Shown here in pieces: positions 35,803 to 48,711 of a stretch of 64,000 nt of DNA; position 1 is the stretch's first letter, and each line of letters starts with the position of its first letter. This DNA is from the human T2T-CHM13v2.0 reference genome, Homo sapiens: NCBI RefSeq assembly GCF_009914755.1, contig NC_060925.1. The stretch is one strand, 5' to 3'. The notes below the pieces were generated by a model. The model worked only from the letters and a program-made list of their open reading frames with translations. It was not told the origin of the DNA and made no database searches. The translations under genes and the position numbers were made by a program.

Positions 35803-36649
35803 CTATGGGTTTACCATAGAGTATTCCCTAACAATTAACCAATTGTTTTAACTATGGTCCCACTAAGCCTAGCCAAATGCTGATCAAATCACCTGTATCT
35901 GGTTCAAAACTGGAAGCAGTACATTCAGAATTCATTCTGAGTTTTAAAAACAGCTCCTCTCTAATTACATCTAGTCCTAAGGGCCCTGTTTGAGTGACTG
36001 AGTTCTAAGTGAATCTGTACTTGGTTTTGCTGTTCAGAGCTAAAACACCAAAATCTAGTTTAGATTTAGAGATTGACATGTCATGATTTACGAGTTCTGC
36101 TAGAATTAGATTGGCTTTTGCTATCTATAGAGTAAACTGACCGATTTGTTCCGTTGTGTCAACTGTAAGTGACCCGCAGAAACCCAAGTGAGATGATGAT
36201 AAATGAACCCTGACACTTATCAGTATTCTCTACATAATTTTAAAGGTGTTAAACTTAGGCCAAGATCTAAAATTCATAATAATTAGAAAAATGAGAGTAA
36301 GTAGCCATAAATACAGTCCTTTAAAAAGAAATAGTTCATGTAAACTCCCATAGTAGTCATCAATGATGATGATCTACTCTTTTCTGATGCTGATCTTACT
36401 AAACAACACTAGAAAATGTCTTCTAGGGTTACAGGCTTAAAAAGCAATGCTTCATGAGTTGAGTCATTTTGGAAAGGTGAATTAGCAATATATATTATTC
36501 TATAATTAAAAATTCAAGTTGTCCGAGTTTTAAAAAGCTCTCTGAAAGAGCACAAAGAAATATGATTTTGAAAACGTATAATACAGTCAACATAAAACCT
36601 CTATTTCCTTTGTGTGAATGAACATTTCCCATGTAATTAATTTACTTAC

Positions 36650-36828
36650 AATAGATACTTTGAATCCTTCTACCAGATATGTAAAAATTTCTTTCTGAAA
36701 TGGATTGAAAACAGAAGACTGTTCATGATGAATATTTTCCTCAGAAATTTCGGTCTGGAAAACTGAGGTCTTGCTTTGAGTTACATTTTCTGGAGTTCTC
36801 AAAATGTCAATAATGTCTGAATTAAATT
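36650..36828 (-). CDS. LYST: LYST coding exon (~30)
   Basis: 179 nt; [27 protein letters not shown]...LVEGFKVSI; AAG acceptor. Confidence 0.96.
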
Positions 36829-37290
36829 CTTTGAATTGAAAAAAAGAATACAAAATTAGTCATATCACTGCTATCTTGCCATTATAAATAGTAATAATAC
36901 TGGTAAAAAATATTGTATTTAATTACTAATTCAGTTATCACAATTTAAATGTGTATCAGGTGTATTAGATGTAATAGATACAATGTAGTAGAAAGTGAAT
37001 TTACGTAAAATAACAGAAATTTGAAAATGCATGTCATACAATTCCAAATTAAATATTTAATGGACTAATGAAGGTAAGTTAAACTGCAAAATGACTAAAA
37101 CCATAAGATTATTATACAAATCAAACATAAAGATCATGTCATATTTACATGAGTGGATCTACAGAGCTGTTTCTCTGCATGTGCTATACATTTACATGCT
37201 GTATATGTGATAATCATGGTTCAATTTCAGAGTTTAGTCTGGGAGTCTGTTGCACAGAATGTATATTAGAAAAGTGGAAAAAAAAAAAAT

Positions 37291-37610
37291 GCTGGGGACG
37301 ATGGCTCATGCCTGTAATCCCAGCACTGTGGGAGGTGAAAGCACACAGATCACCTGAGTCAAGGAGTTTGAGATCAGCCTGGGCAACATGGTGGAACCCC
37401 ATCTCTACAAAAAAATACAAAAATTAGCCGGGCATGGGGTGCACACCTGTAGTCACAGCTACTCAGGAGGCTGAGATGGGAGGATTGCTTGAGCCCAGGA
37501 GGTAAAGGTTGCAGTGAGCTGAGATCATACCACTAGCCTTGGTGACAGAGTGAGAACCCATCTCAAAAAAAAAAGAAAAAAAAAAGAGAGAAAGAAAAGT
37601 AAAAAAAGCT
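37291..37610 (+). mobile_element. AluJ-like element
   Basis: GGAGGATTGCTTGAGCCCAGGAGG diagnostic; long A-rich tail. Confidence 0.9.
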
Positions 37611-37994
37611 AAAAAAATAATAATAACTTGAGTTTATCATGTTTTTCTAGTCATTAACAATTACTGTTTTCTTTTTCCTGTCTTCCTCGGGTTACCTGAA
37701 CATTTTTTTAGAATTCCATTTTGACTTATCTATAGTGTTTTTTAAAAAACAATCTTCAGCTTTATTGGAATATAATTGACAAATAGAAATTGTATATAAT
37801 TAAGGTGTTTTGATATATGAATACATTGTCAAATAATCACCATAATCAAGCTAGTTAACATATCTATCACCTCACATAGTTACCACTTTTTTTTATGTGT
37901 GATGAGAACATGATTTATAGTGCTTTGGAGTGTATTTCTTTGAATAGCTTTTTTTAGTGGGTGCTCTAAGTATTACATTTTAAGTTTGTACATA

Positions 37995-38766
37995 TATATT
38001 CATTAGCCAATATGGAAATGCAAATTAAAACCACAATGAGATATCACTACACATCTGTCAGAATGGCTAAAATAAAAAATAGTGACAACAACAAACACTA
38101 GGTAAGGATGTAAAAAAACTTGGACCACTCATACACTGTTGATGGAAATGTAAAACTACAGCCACTCTGGAAAAGTTTGGCAGTTTCTTAAAAAACTACA
38201 CATGTAATTACCGTATGACCCAGTAACTGCACTCCTGGGCACTTACCCCAGAAAAATAAAGACTTATATTCTTACAAAACCTGCACATAAATGCTTACAG
38301 AAGCTTTATTTGTAATAGCCAAAAACTGGAAACAACCCAGATTCATACATCCATACCACAAATATCACTCAGCAAGAAAAAAAGGAACTATTGATATATG
38401 CAACAACCAGAATGACTCTCCAGAGTATTACACTGAGTGAAAAAACTAATTCCAAAAGGCTACATACTGTACGCTTCCATTTATATAACATTCTTGATGA
38501 AACAAAAATATACAAATGGAGGACAGATTAGCAGTTACAGGGCTGAGTGGCTGGGGGTGAGAGGAAAGTGGGTGTGGCTAAGAGAAGGGCAATATGAGAG
38601 ATCCTTGTGGTGCTGGAAATGCTGCTGACTGTATCGATGTTACTCACCTGGTGATGATATTATACTACAGTTCTGCAAGATTCATGGGGGAAACTGGGTA
38701 AAGGGTACACAGGGTCTCTCTCTGTATTATTCCTTAACTGCATGTGAATCTACAACGATCTCAAAA
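37995..38766 (+). mobile_element. L1MC-like 3' fragment
   Basis: GGAAATGCAAATTAAAACCACAATGAGATATCACTAC...CTTAACTGCATGTGAATCTACAA. Confidence 0.8.
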
Positions 38767-39005
38767 GATCATACTGGAAGTGCCATATGGTTTTAAACTG
38801 GTCAGTCTGGGCTAGCATCGAACACATTCAAAGTGGACTTTTATTCAAGACTTATCAGTTCCAAATAAGAAACTCTTAATACTATGGATGTTAAGAACTG
38901 AAAAATAATGCTGCTTAAACATCTGAAAACCAACCAGTTTCCTCTTAGATTACTTCTCTTTCATTTTAAAATCTGAGGAAAAACAAACTAATCCTATAGT
39001 CTTAC

Positions 39006-39197
39006 CTTGATAAATAATCCTGTTGACTGCTAAAACAGTGAGCCTCTGTAGTCTCTGCGCAAGTTCCGTTTCAGTTGCTTGGCTAGGGTTCTCTTGGCTC
39101 ATTCTCCGTTGCATCATCACATGAAGCTCATCATTTGCCACTGAACGCATTTTCATCAGAAGCGATTCAGTTTGAGCAAGGGGAAATTTTCGAGGAC
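39006..39197 (-). CDS. LYST: LYST coding exon (~29)
   Basis: 192 nt, phase 1-1; [38 protein letters not shown]...NRIIYQ; AAG acceptor. Confidence 0.97.
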
Positions 39198-39839
39198 CTT
39201 TAAAAGTATATAAATTAAAACATCAAATCCCAGTGTTAATAAGGATCAAGGAAACTATTTTTGCTGAAATTTTTTGATTACCAGACCATGAAAACAACCT
39301 TATTTACTACAAAGTCAATTTATAGAAAGGAAAGAGTGATTAAGAGAAAATGATGCTTCTCCCTCTTTGAAGAAGTGCAACAGTACTTTTGGTTTCAAAG
39401 TCCTAAATAACAATGTTGAAGCTAGTGACACAGCTTAGTAAAACAGATGTCATTTGGCAAAGTTCGAGTTAAAAAGTATTAAATGGGCTCAAATAGTTCA
39501 GAACATTTTGATAAAATAGTTTCAAATACTGTTTCACTTCTTTGTATTCCAAAATCAAGTTTTAATGCACATAATTTTTTAGTAAGAATACTACTATTTC
39601 TGGGTAATTACTGTTGTTGAATTTCATAAAGTAGTTTTAAAAACTGTGTATAGTGACAAAGTAGAAATCAGTCAATGAAAGTGAAGAGATCAGGAAGGTG
39701 AATATAATTCCAGTGATTTGTTATTAAAATGATTTAAAACATATGCATCATTTGGAATTCAGTGCTACAAAAGCATTTCCTGAGAAAGGTTTCCTCAGAC
39801 TGAACAGAGAGGAGTGGCATTCCTGCACCATTACTGCAC

Positions 39840-40001
39840 CTGCTCCAGGAGGTACAACACAGGTAGTGCATCCAGGAGAAAACTGGGGGGATGAGTCTTG
39901 ATTTAATGGACTGAAGGAGAAGGGCATCGGAAGTTGACCATAGGAACCAAAATGATGTCTTGGTAGATGAGGAATAATGGAACCCTTCATTGGAATTGAA
40001 C
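39840..40001 (-). CDS. LYST: Candidate alternative (cassette) LYST exon, +54 aa
   Basis: 162 nt between AAG| and CAG|GTGCAG, phase 1-1 matching the host intron, no stop codon, GC-richer than flanks, no repeat recognised. Confidence 0.6.
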
Positions 40002-42776
40002 CTTTGTTTTAAATTATGAAAACATATATCAATTTCTATAAATAACCTCTACAAAAATTACTTACATATGACTAAATTATAACAGGTTTTAAAGACTTAT
40101 CCTGTAAGATATTTAAATATTTTAATGCTATTTTAGATTGCTCAGTATTTTGGGTAATTAGTATTCTTAATCAGTTAATGTATTTTGATAGTCACTTTTG
40201 AGGCAAAAAAAAAAGAAAATACAAAAATTCATATCCTGTATATATTCAAGAGTTTTACTGTCAAACAATATACTTAGTTTAAGCAGATTCTTCCTAATGT
40301 CTACATCTGACAGCTTTCATGCTGTACGTGCAGCTGATGATTGTAATTCAGCGGTATGATAATACACTGAATAAGGAAATGTTAAGTAAGTCTTCTTTAG
40401 TACTAGGTATTAATACTAGAAAACGTGGGAGGGTATTTCAGCACTCCTGCTATGAAGCCACACAGAGCTAGTGTGGCCTTAAGCACATTTCTTTCTAAAC
40501 CTCAGTTTTCTCATGCATAAGATGTGGATTAGAAAGAAAACAGAGCTTACTTCACCGGTAGATATTTATCACTATCTAACATTATATTAAATATATTTGT
40601 TTATATGCTTATTGATCATTTTCCCCAGTACAAGTTCCATGAAGACTGATAAAATAGCAACTGGTACATGGTTGGTACTCAAGAAATATTTGATGTTTGA
40701 GGGCTGAATAAACGGATAAAGAAAGAGTTGTTTTGTTGATAAAATAAAATAATGAATATAAAACATAATGCCTGTCTCATTCTCACAAATAATAAAATAC
40801 TTTTAATGGTTAGTATTATTATTGGCTGAAATATAAAGTTCATTTGTATGTGAATTACTAATTTAACTGTGTGTATGTGCGAGTGCATGGCAATTTAAAT
40901 ATATGTCTAGCATTCTAAATAATATCCTAATGCTGACTACTTCTACCTTCATGCATTAAGGTTGATGTGTAAAGTTTTTCATACTAATAAGCAGACAAGT
41001 AAAAAAATACATTTAAAAGTATATATTGCTACCTTATTTATAATAGCAAAAACCAAGCAAAAAAACCTTTGTTTATCTATAAAAGTTACAGAAGATTATC
41101 CACATCAAAATAATAGATTATTTTGTAATCATTAAAAATAAAAGAATATTTATGTTTCTTAATATGGAAAAATATCTATAATGACCAGAAATAGAAATCA
41201 ATTTATAAACAGTAGGTAGAGCATGATACCATTTAGGTAAAATTACATATAAAGATATGTATAGATATAGATATCCAGACCAAAAACAGATATAGAGGTT
41301 AAGGAGTCAGAGCTTTGTTCACTGGGCAGCAGGCAACTTGGAACTGCTGAGCAGAAGAATGGTAAACCTGAATGAGGTTGTAAGATTAATCTGACAATAA
41401 AATGGTATCTAACTCCTCTAGCAATGCAAGAACTTAAGGTCTAGATGTAATGACGGTACTGCTGAAGAAACTTTGGTTCCAAGTCATGGATATCCTGGGG
41501 TTCAGGGCTTGAGTAAATTTGTCTATTATCAGAGTCTGGTGTGTGGCCATAATGCAAGCTGCAGCTGCTGGCAGTCCCCACAACTCCTGCTGAAGGTGAA
41601 GGGTAGTGGCAGTGGGGCTGGAGGTGTCACTCATCTCAGTAGTTTTCAACAAATGCTAAATGAATCTATTTAGGAATCCCCCCTACCACACCTAAACATT
41701 TATCAGTAAAGAGAACGGCTTGAGTCTTTGAAGGAACAATTCATTACCTAATTGATAGACATGACAGAAATAGAAATCCCTCTATGTCCCTTTAGTATCA
41801 TGGACAAATGGACTTGAATTAGTTTTTGTAACCACACTGCTCAGAAACAGAAGAGCTTCAGTATTCTGCAGTTTTTGTACCTGTAGCATACAAAGCCAAT
41901 ATACTTTTGAAGATACTTTTAAGTAATAGTGGAGAAATAAAAAGCACAATCTTCTCCAAGTATATGTGTAAAAAAACAACTTAGAAACAATTAGAAAGCA
42001 ACAACCGAACACATATAAAGTGGTATTTTGCAAACTAGATTCACAAAGACAGAATTTCAATAAGGGTAGTACTTAAAACAGGAAGGATTCTTGAGAGAGA
42101 CTTCAGAGAGAGAGAGAGATGGGTCCTAAGAGATACCATAGACCTGGGATGAGTAGATGTGGTGCAGGACACAAAGGGGTGAGTATAGGGGTGCATGTGC
42201 CAGCAGTCCCCAGTTCTAGGATGCAGTGGGTCTTAAGATGAGGAAGCTGGACTGGATGACTTTTAAGGTCTTTTATTAAGCTAAAAACTTGTAGGATTCT
42301 GTAAGTCTCCTATAGCTTGCAGCAATCACATTTACTTAGAGTGAAAAAGACAAGTCCAAGTATAATAAGCAGCTACAGAAGTCAGAAAAAAGGACAGCCA
42401 TCTAGTGAAAAGACTAAAAGTTCATTATCTGTTTTAAAATGACTCAAACTAAAAAAAAATAATAAACTTGAAGTTACGTAGGGCTCTAAGGCTCAAGGTG
42501 ACAAAATGCTAGTATCTAAAGAGAGAGATTAAAGACTGCTAGAGAAATCATTGACCAAATGGGAAATAGCAAGAGGACTATTGTGTTAGCCCAGGCACAA
42601 GGTGATAATTAACTAAAACCAGAGATCTAGAGATGGAAGCAGAGGAGGAACAGATGTGAGAATGAGAAGTATCAATACAAAAGAAACAGCAGGGGTAGTA
42701 AAGGTATACTTTCTGATATCAAGAGAGGGCAAATTCCATCTAAGCAGTCACTGACTACATAAGGAGTCCTGCAAAG

Positions 42777-43525
42777 GAAAGGTGTCCAGCAATCATGTTT
42801 TGGCATGCAGGAAGCTGAGCACTAATGCTAGAACTGATAAAGAATCTGTTTCTACTCAGGACAAAAGAGATGTACAACTGGGAGGGCAGCTCAAGAAGAG
42901 ACAGTGCATTCAGATATTAAATAAGGAAGAATGTAGAGGGCAGTAAGTTTAGTTACATAGATGTTTTAGAAGTTTTATTTATATAAGTTTGATTTAGCAT
43001 AATTTAAACATACTACTGCAAAACAATGGGTACTTGGTAGCTTTTCTTTACAAGTGAGTTTTTCACATGGTTTAAAATTTTTGCATAGCATTGAACACAG
43101 AAGTAGCTTAACACGGGTGAAAGAAAGATTTGAACTTAAGTGAATTTAAGACAGTAAGAGTGATTAAATTTCAAACAATTTACCAAATACTCTGGAGATG
43201 GTGTGTGTGTGTGCATGTGTACATGCATATTTATCCACTATGTATATATATGTATGTGTGTATATCCTGTGTATGTGGTGTTCATGTTATCTTTCTGGGT
43301 AAAGATGATAGCAGATTTTGTAGAAAAAATAAGGAAGACTAACAATATTAATGTTTATTATTTGATGACATTCTTCCTTATTTAATATCTGAATGCACTG
43401 TTTCTTCTTTAGCTGCCCTCCCAGTTGTACATCTCTTTTGTCCTGAGTAGAAACAGATTCTTTATCAGTTCTAGCATTAATGCTCAGCTTCCTGCATGCC
43501 ACAACATGATTGCTGGACACCTTTC
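42777..43525. repeat. Long inverted repeat: arms 42777-42934 and 43368-43525, 433-bp spacer
   Basis: 158-bp arms, 4 mismatches, no gaps by manual alignment. Confidence 0.97.
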
Positions 43526-43879
43526 TCAGAGACTTCCCTAACTCCTGATGTAGATTGCCCTGTTATAATCTCTATTCCTACCCTCTACATTTCCCTACTA
43601 TTTTACAATCTCTGCAGGGGCAGAATCTGTGTCTGTTTTTTTCATCATTGTATCTCCAATATTTAGCACAATGCTCAGCACATGGTAGGCAGGTGCTCAA
43701 GAAATAACTGAATGAGAAAAGCACTAAAAGTAAGGAGCAGAATAGTTTCCTTCAGGAAAAAATCTTTCTTAAATTTTATGTAAAACAAGAAATATTTTAA
43801 AAGTGTGAATGGCATAAGAACATAGGAAAGTCAAGCTAGCCTCAATTTATGGTTATTAAAATATGATTTCAATACTCGC

Positions 43880-44032
43880 CAGCAATGCTTTTCCGCTTTT
43901 GAACTACTGCATGATGGGGAGCAGAAGGTGACTGGAGTGAATCTGTGAGGTTTTCAGAGTCATGATTTGCGGTGGTCCTTATAAATTCCATAGCAGCCTG
44001 GAGAACTCTAAGCTGTAGTGCAACAGCCATAT
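43880..44032 (-). CDS. LYST: LYST coding exon (~28) with GC donor
   Basis: 153 nt; [52 protein letters not shown]; donor CTG|GCGAGT. Confidence 0.93.
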
Positions 44033-44674
44033 CTAAAAACAGAAGATACTAGAATGTTTTCAAGCTATGTGGTTACTAATTTTTTAATTGAACTGATTTT
44101 ATGTATCATGACAATAATGTTTTGATATAAATTTTTAAATTTTGATCAGCATGGGGATGATGGTAGTAGACATTTTTAAATTCTTGTTAAAAGCAATTTT
44201 AAAGCAAATTTACAAATGGTCACTAAAAAACCTTCAATGGAAAAATATTAGCTCATAAATTTATTTCATTTTAAAAATTGTTTCAAAGAACAGGCTTTTT
44301 TTCTATATAAGGCAAAAGTTTAACCGGCAATTATCATATTTTTTGTTTCATATTCACTTTAATAATTACCATTAAAGAAAACTAAAGGGTATTACTATGC
44401 AACATACACTTTTAAATTCTACTTGGTAAGAAAAATCAGTGACATCTTTCACTTATGTATTGCCAACTACTAACTACATGGGGGAATCACTTTTTCTATT
44501 TTTGCCACTTTTTCAAGCCTTTTTAGGCTTCTTTTTAAAAACTGATAGATACTATTACAAAATTAATGTTAAACTTTTAGTAAAAGAGTTTCTAAGAAGA
44601 AAGAGATTGTGCTCAAATAACAGGTTTGTCTGTTATACAACTCCCTCCCCAAATTCATAAAAATTAAATCTTAC

Positions 44675-44841
44675 TTTGTGTCCTCTTGTTTTTGCTATTT
44701 TGAAGATATCCAAGCATTACAATAAGGTCTTCAATAACCCTAAAATATTGTGAGCCTGAGGAACTGCAAGCATGAATTGTAACTGCTATGAAAAGTTGCT
44801 GTATATCACAAGCAAGCAATTTATATTCACTCATGGGAATG
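44675..44841 (-). CDS. LYST: LYST coding exon (~27)
   Basis: 167 nt; [56 protein letters not shown]. Confidence 0.96.
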
Positions 44842-45713
44842 CTAAAGATAACAACAAAAGAAGAAAACAGAACATTTATAAGAAAAAGAACAAATAATTT
44901 AAGACACAGCTAACTGATTTAAATGGTTTAAATTCCTGTTCGACCAGCTTGCACTCATTCATGCAGTCATTCAGTATTTATTCATGCTTATTCTATGGCA
45001 AGTAATATGTAGTATGTATGCTAGAAATAGAAATAAGATACACTTTGACACCTGTCAGAAATACATAGTTTTACAGAGAACTGGACAAGTAAACAGATTA
45101 CTATAAATAGTAAATGGTTGTAAGTGTAACACTAGAGATTAATACACGATACTATAAGAACACATAGGCAGTTTCTAGTCCACACTAAGGATGAAGATTG
45201 TGTGGGTATGAACAGGAACATTCTGCGAAGACTTTTCAGAGAAGGTGAATTTGACTAAATTAATTAACCTCTCTGAATCTCACTTGTATAAATTAGGGTT
45301 ATTTTTAGGACTAAAAGAGGTAATAGATTTGCATTTATATTATTTATAAATATCCAATAAATATGAATTAGTTACTTCTGGTCTTCAATCTTAATCTTGA
45401 TAATCTACCTCAATGTACGATATTAGGCCTACAATGCTTCTCTCCATCTGGGTTTTCCAAATCAAGAAAGGGTTAGAAACTAACTTGGGCCAGTTAATAA
45501 AGTAGCATATAGGGACATTCAGTAAATACAATTTCTTGCTTTTTTTTTCTTTCTTTCTGTTATTATTATTTTTTTACTTTTATTTTAGGTTCAGAGGTAC
45601 ACAGAAAGGCTTCTTACATAGGTAAACTCATGTAGTAAAGTAAACTAATACTAAAGTTTTCCTGTTCTAAAGTATTTATCAGATGTAATTTTAAATAATA
45701 ATTTTAAACTTAC

Positions 45714-45944
45714 TTCTTTTCTAATCCATTCAGGGCTGCTACTGTATTACATAACACATAGAGTAGACCATTATCCAGCAACATATCTGCTACCTTAGAA
45801 CAAGAATTTAAAATTTGGAGAAGAAGTAAAAGAGCATTATGCAAGAGTATGTTGTCATATAGAGAGGTCTCTATTAGTCCCAGAATAGGAATGACAGACC
45901 ACTTCTGAAACAATCCCATGTTTCTCACATCTTCCAGATCAAAT
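45714..45944 (-). CDS. LYST: LYST coding exon (~26)
   Basis: 231 nt; [32 protein letters not shown]...AALNGLEK. Confidence 0.97.
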
Positions 45945-46881
45945 CTATAATAAATAATACAGTTAAGAGCACATTAGAAACAATCACAAAATAAGAAAAT
46001 ATGATAGCAACTATGGGTCATCTTGCTAACTTGATTTTGAAGTCATAAAAACAAGTTGGGGGAGTAAGGATTCTTAACCTGTTTTTAAAATGACAGAGTC
46101 CCTCCAATAATAGGGTAAAAGCTGTTGCTAGAAGTCCATCCCAAGATAAATACACAAACATTCAAGTGAAATATGCATACAATTTCTTGGTTTTAACTGA
46201 TTTATTTTAATTCATCCATGAGCCCTTTATGTCCAAAGAAACTATGTTTGGGGGCTTCAAGTGCACAGGAAAATTATTATTATTATTTTACATAGTATTT
46301 GAGAGACAGTGAGCTAGTAAAAAGAGGTCTAGCAAAAGGGAATGATTCTCGAGTTCTTATCCCAATACAACTTGCCTCTGGGATGGAATGAAATTAGCTA
46401 AGTATTTTGTGCCTCATTTTCCTTATCTGTCAAAAATATGTGGTGATATATGTCCTCTTTTCTTCTCAAGGCTATTGTGAGAATCAAATAAAGTAATGCA
46501 CAATTGTTTCGTGAAAGCCAAAAGTTGTATGTAAATGAAAAGTAGCATTGAAACTACCATAACAATTTAGTAAATTCTTTAAGGTCTGAATTTGTCTATC
46601 ACAATAAGGAGACACACGTTTCTCTCTATTCTATCATAAACAGAAATTACAGCTTAATTTCTGCCAAACTTTTGGTTTGGGAGAAAAATATTCTTTTATT
46701 TTTACACTTATTTGCTAATCCATCAGCATTCTACCAGGGTCAAAACTCAGCAATCAGTGTATCCAGGAATTCTAGGTGAGGGATTTACTCCTCTCCCAGA
46801 TGACCTGAAGGCTCTGAGGAGAGTAAGGCGTTCCTATATGGATCCTTTATGTAATCTGTCACTGAGAATACATGAGCTATC

Positions 46882-47194
<313 letters not shown>

Positions 47195-47462
47195 TCACCT
47201 GTCTTTTCAGTTAATCTTCTCATGTTAATACTATCTGCCAAATCTTAGCTATCACTTTCATCTGATGCAGCTTTTATTTGTTTCTAGTTTCTAACTAGTG
47301 AATGAACTATAAAGGATGAAGTTATATTAGAAAGAACATCATATGGCAAATAATACATTGATTTACCTGGAAAATTACTTTTAGCAGATTTTTTCTAAAG
47401 GTGACCAAAAGATTTCGTTAAGAGTGAGTTCACTAAATTTTACATTTAAGACAAAAGACCTT

Positions 47463-47777
47463 GCCGGGTGTGGTGGCCCACACCTATAATCCCAACACTT
47501 TGGGAGGCCAAGGCAGGAGGATGGCTTGAGGTCAGGAGTTTGAGACCAGCCTGGGAAACACTGCAAGACCCATCTCCACTAAAAGTAAAAAAAATTAGCC
47601 AAGTGTGGTGGTGCGTGCCTGTAATCTTAGCTACTCAAGAGGCTGAGGCAGGAGGATCCCTTGAATCTAGGAGTTCAAGGCTGCAGTGAGCTGAGGCATG
47701 ACTGTGTCTCTCTGCACTCCAGCCTGGGTGACAGAGTGAGACATTGTCTCAAAAAAAAAAAAAAAAAAAAAAAAAAA
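47463..47777 (+). mobile_element. AluJ-like element
   Basis: Dimer with GGAGTTCAAGGCTGCAGTGAG; poly-A abuts the next Alu. Confidence 0.9.
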
Positions 47778-48137
<360 letters not shown>

Positions 48138-48141
48138 TTAC

Positions 48142-48311
48142 TCTTCATCAAGGCCAATATGTCGACCAAAGAACATTTCGATGAAGCATTCTAACAATTC
48201 TTGAGTTCCTCGATGAAGATACAACTGGTTGGCTAGCAAGGAAAATCCACGATTCTTCAGAAATTTATCTTTTTGTTCCTTAGATGCTCTAGCAAAATAT
48301 GCATCTAATAG
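48142..48311 (-). CDS. LYST: LYST coding exon (~25)
   Basis: 170 nt; [56 protein letters not shown]. Confidence 0.97.
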
Positions 48312-48661
48312 CTAAACAAAAAATTTAAGTCAATTTAGATAATGCATTAAAATTAAATATAATATATACAAATCAGTGTAACACAACTGTATTTGTAAAT
48401 TAAGTTCATATGTACAGAAGAACACAGAAAGCTTAAAAAAATGCCACCACCACAGCAAAGCAGAAATGAATTTGTCTTTGGCTACTGTGGAATGCTAATG
48501 ATGACTCCATCTTGGAGATCTTAATGTTTCTCTCATGGGGAAACTGGCATTTTTAGCTGAGCATGGACACCTGGTAGACTGGCAGCCTTAGTTGAGTATA
48601 AATAGAATATTTGTACCTAATGCTGAGAGGGAAAAAATCCGTAAACTATGCTCTCTCTGCA

Positions 48662-48711
48662 AATCTATATCTATATCTATATCTATATCTATATCTGTAT
48701 CTATATCTATC
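48662..48711. repeat. (ATATCT)n microsatellite, ~8 copies
   Basis: Read directly from sequence. Confidence 0.93.

Noticed and set aside
36190-36395. ATGATGA...CTGA motifs resembling C/D-box snoRNA
   Set aside because: Antisense to the host gene, boxes too close together, no terminal stem
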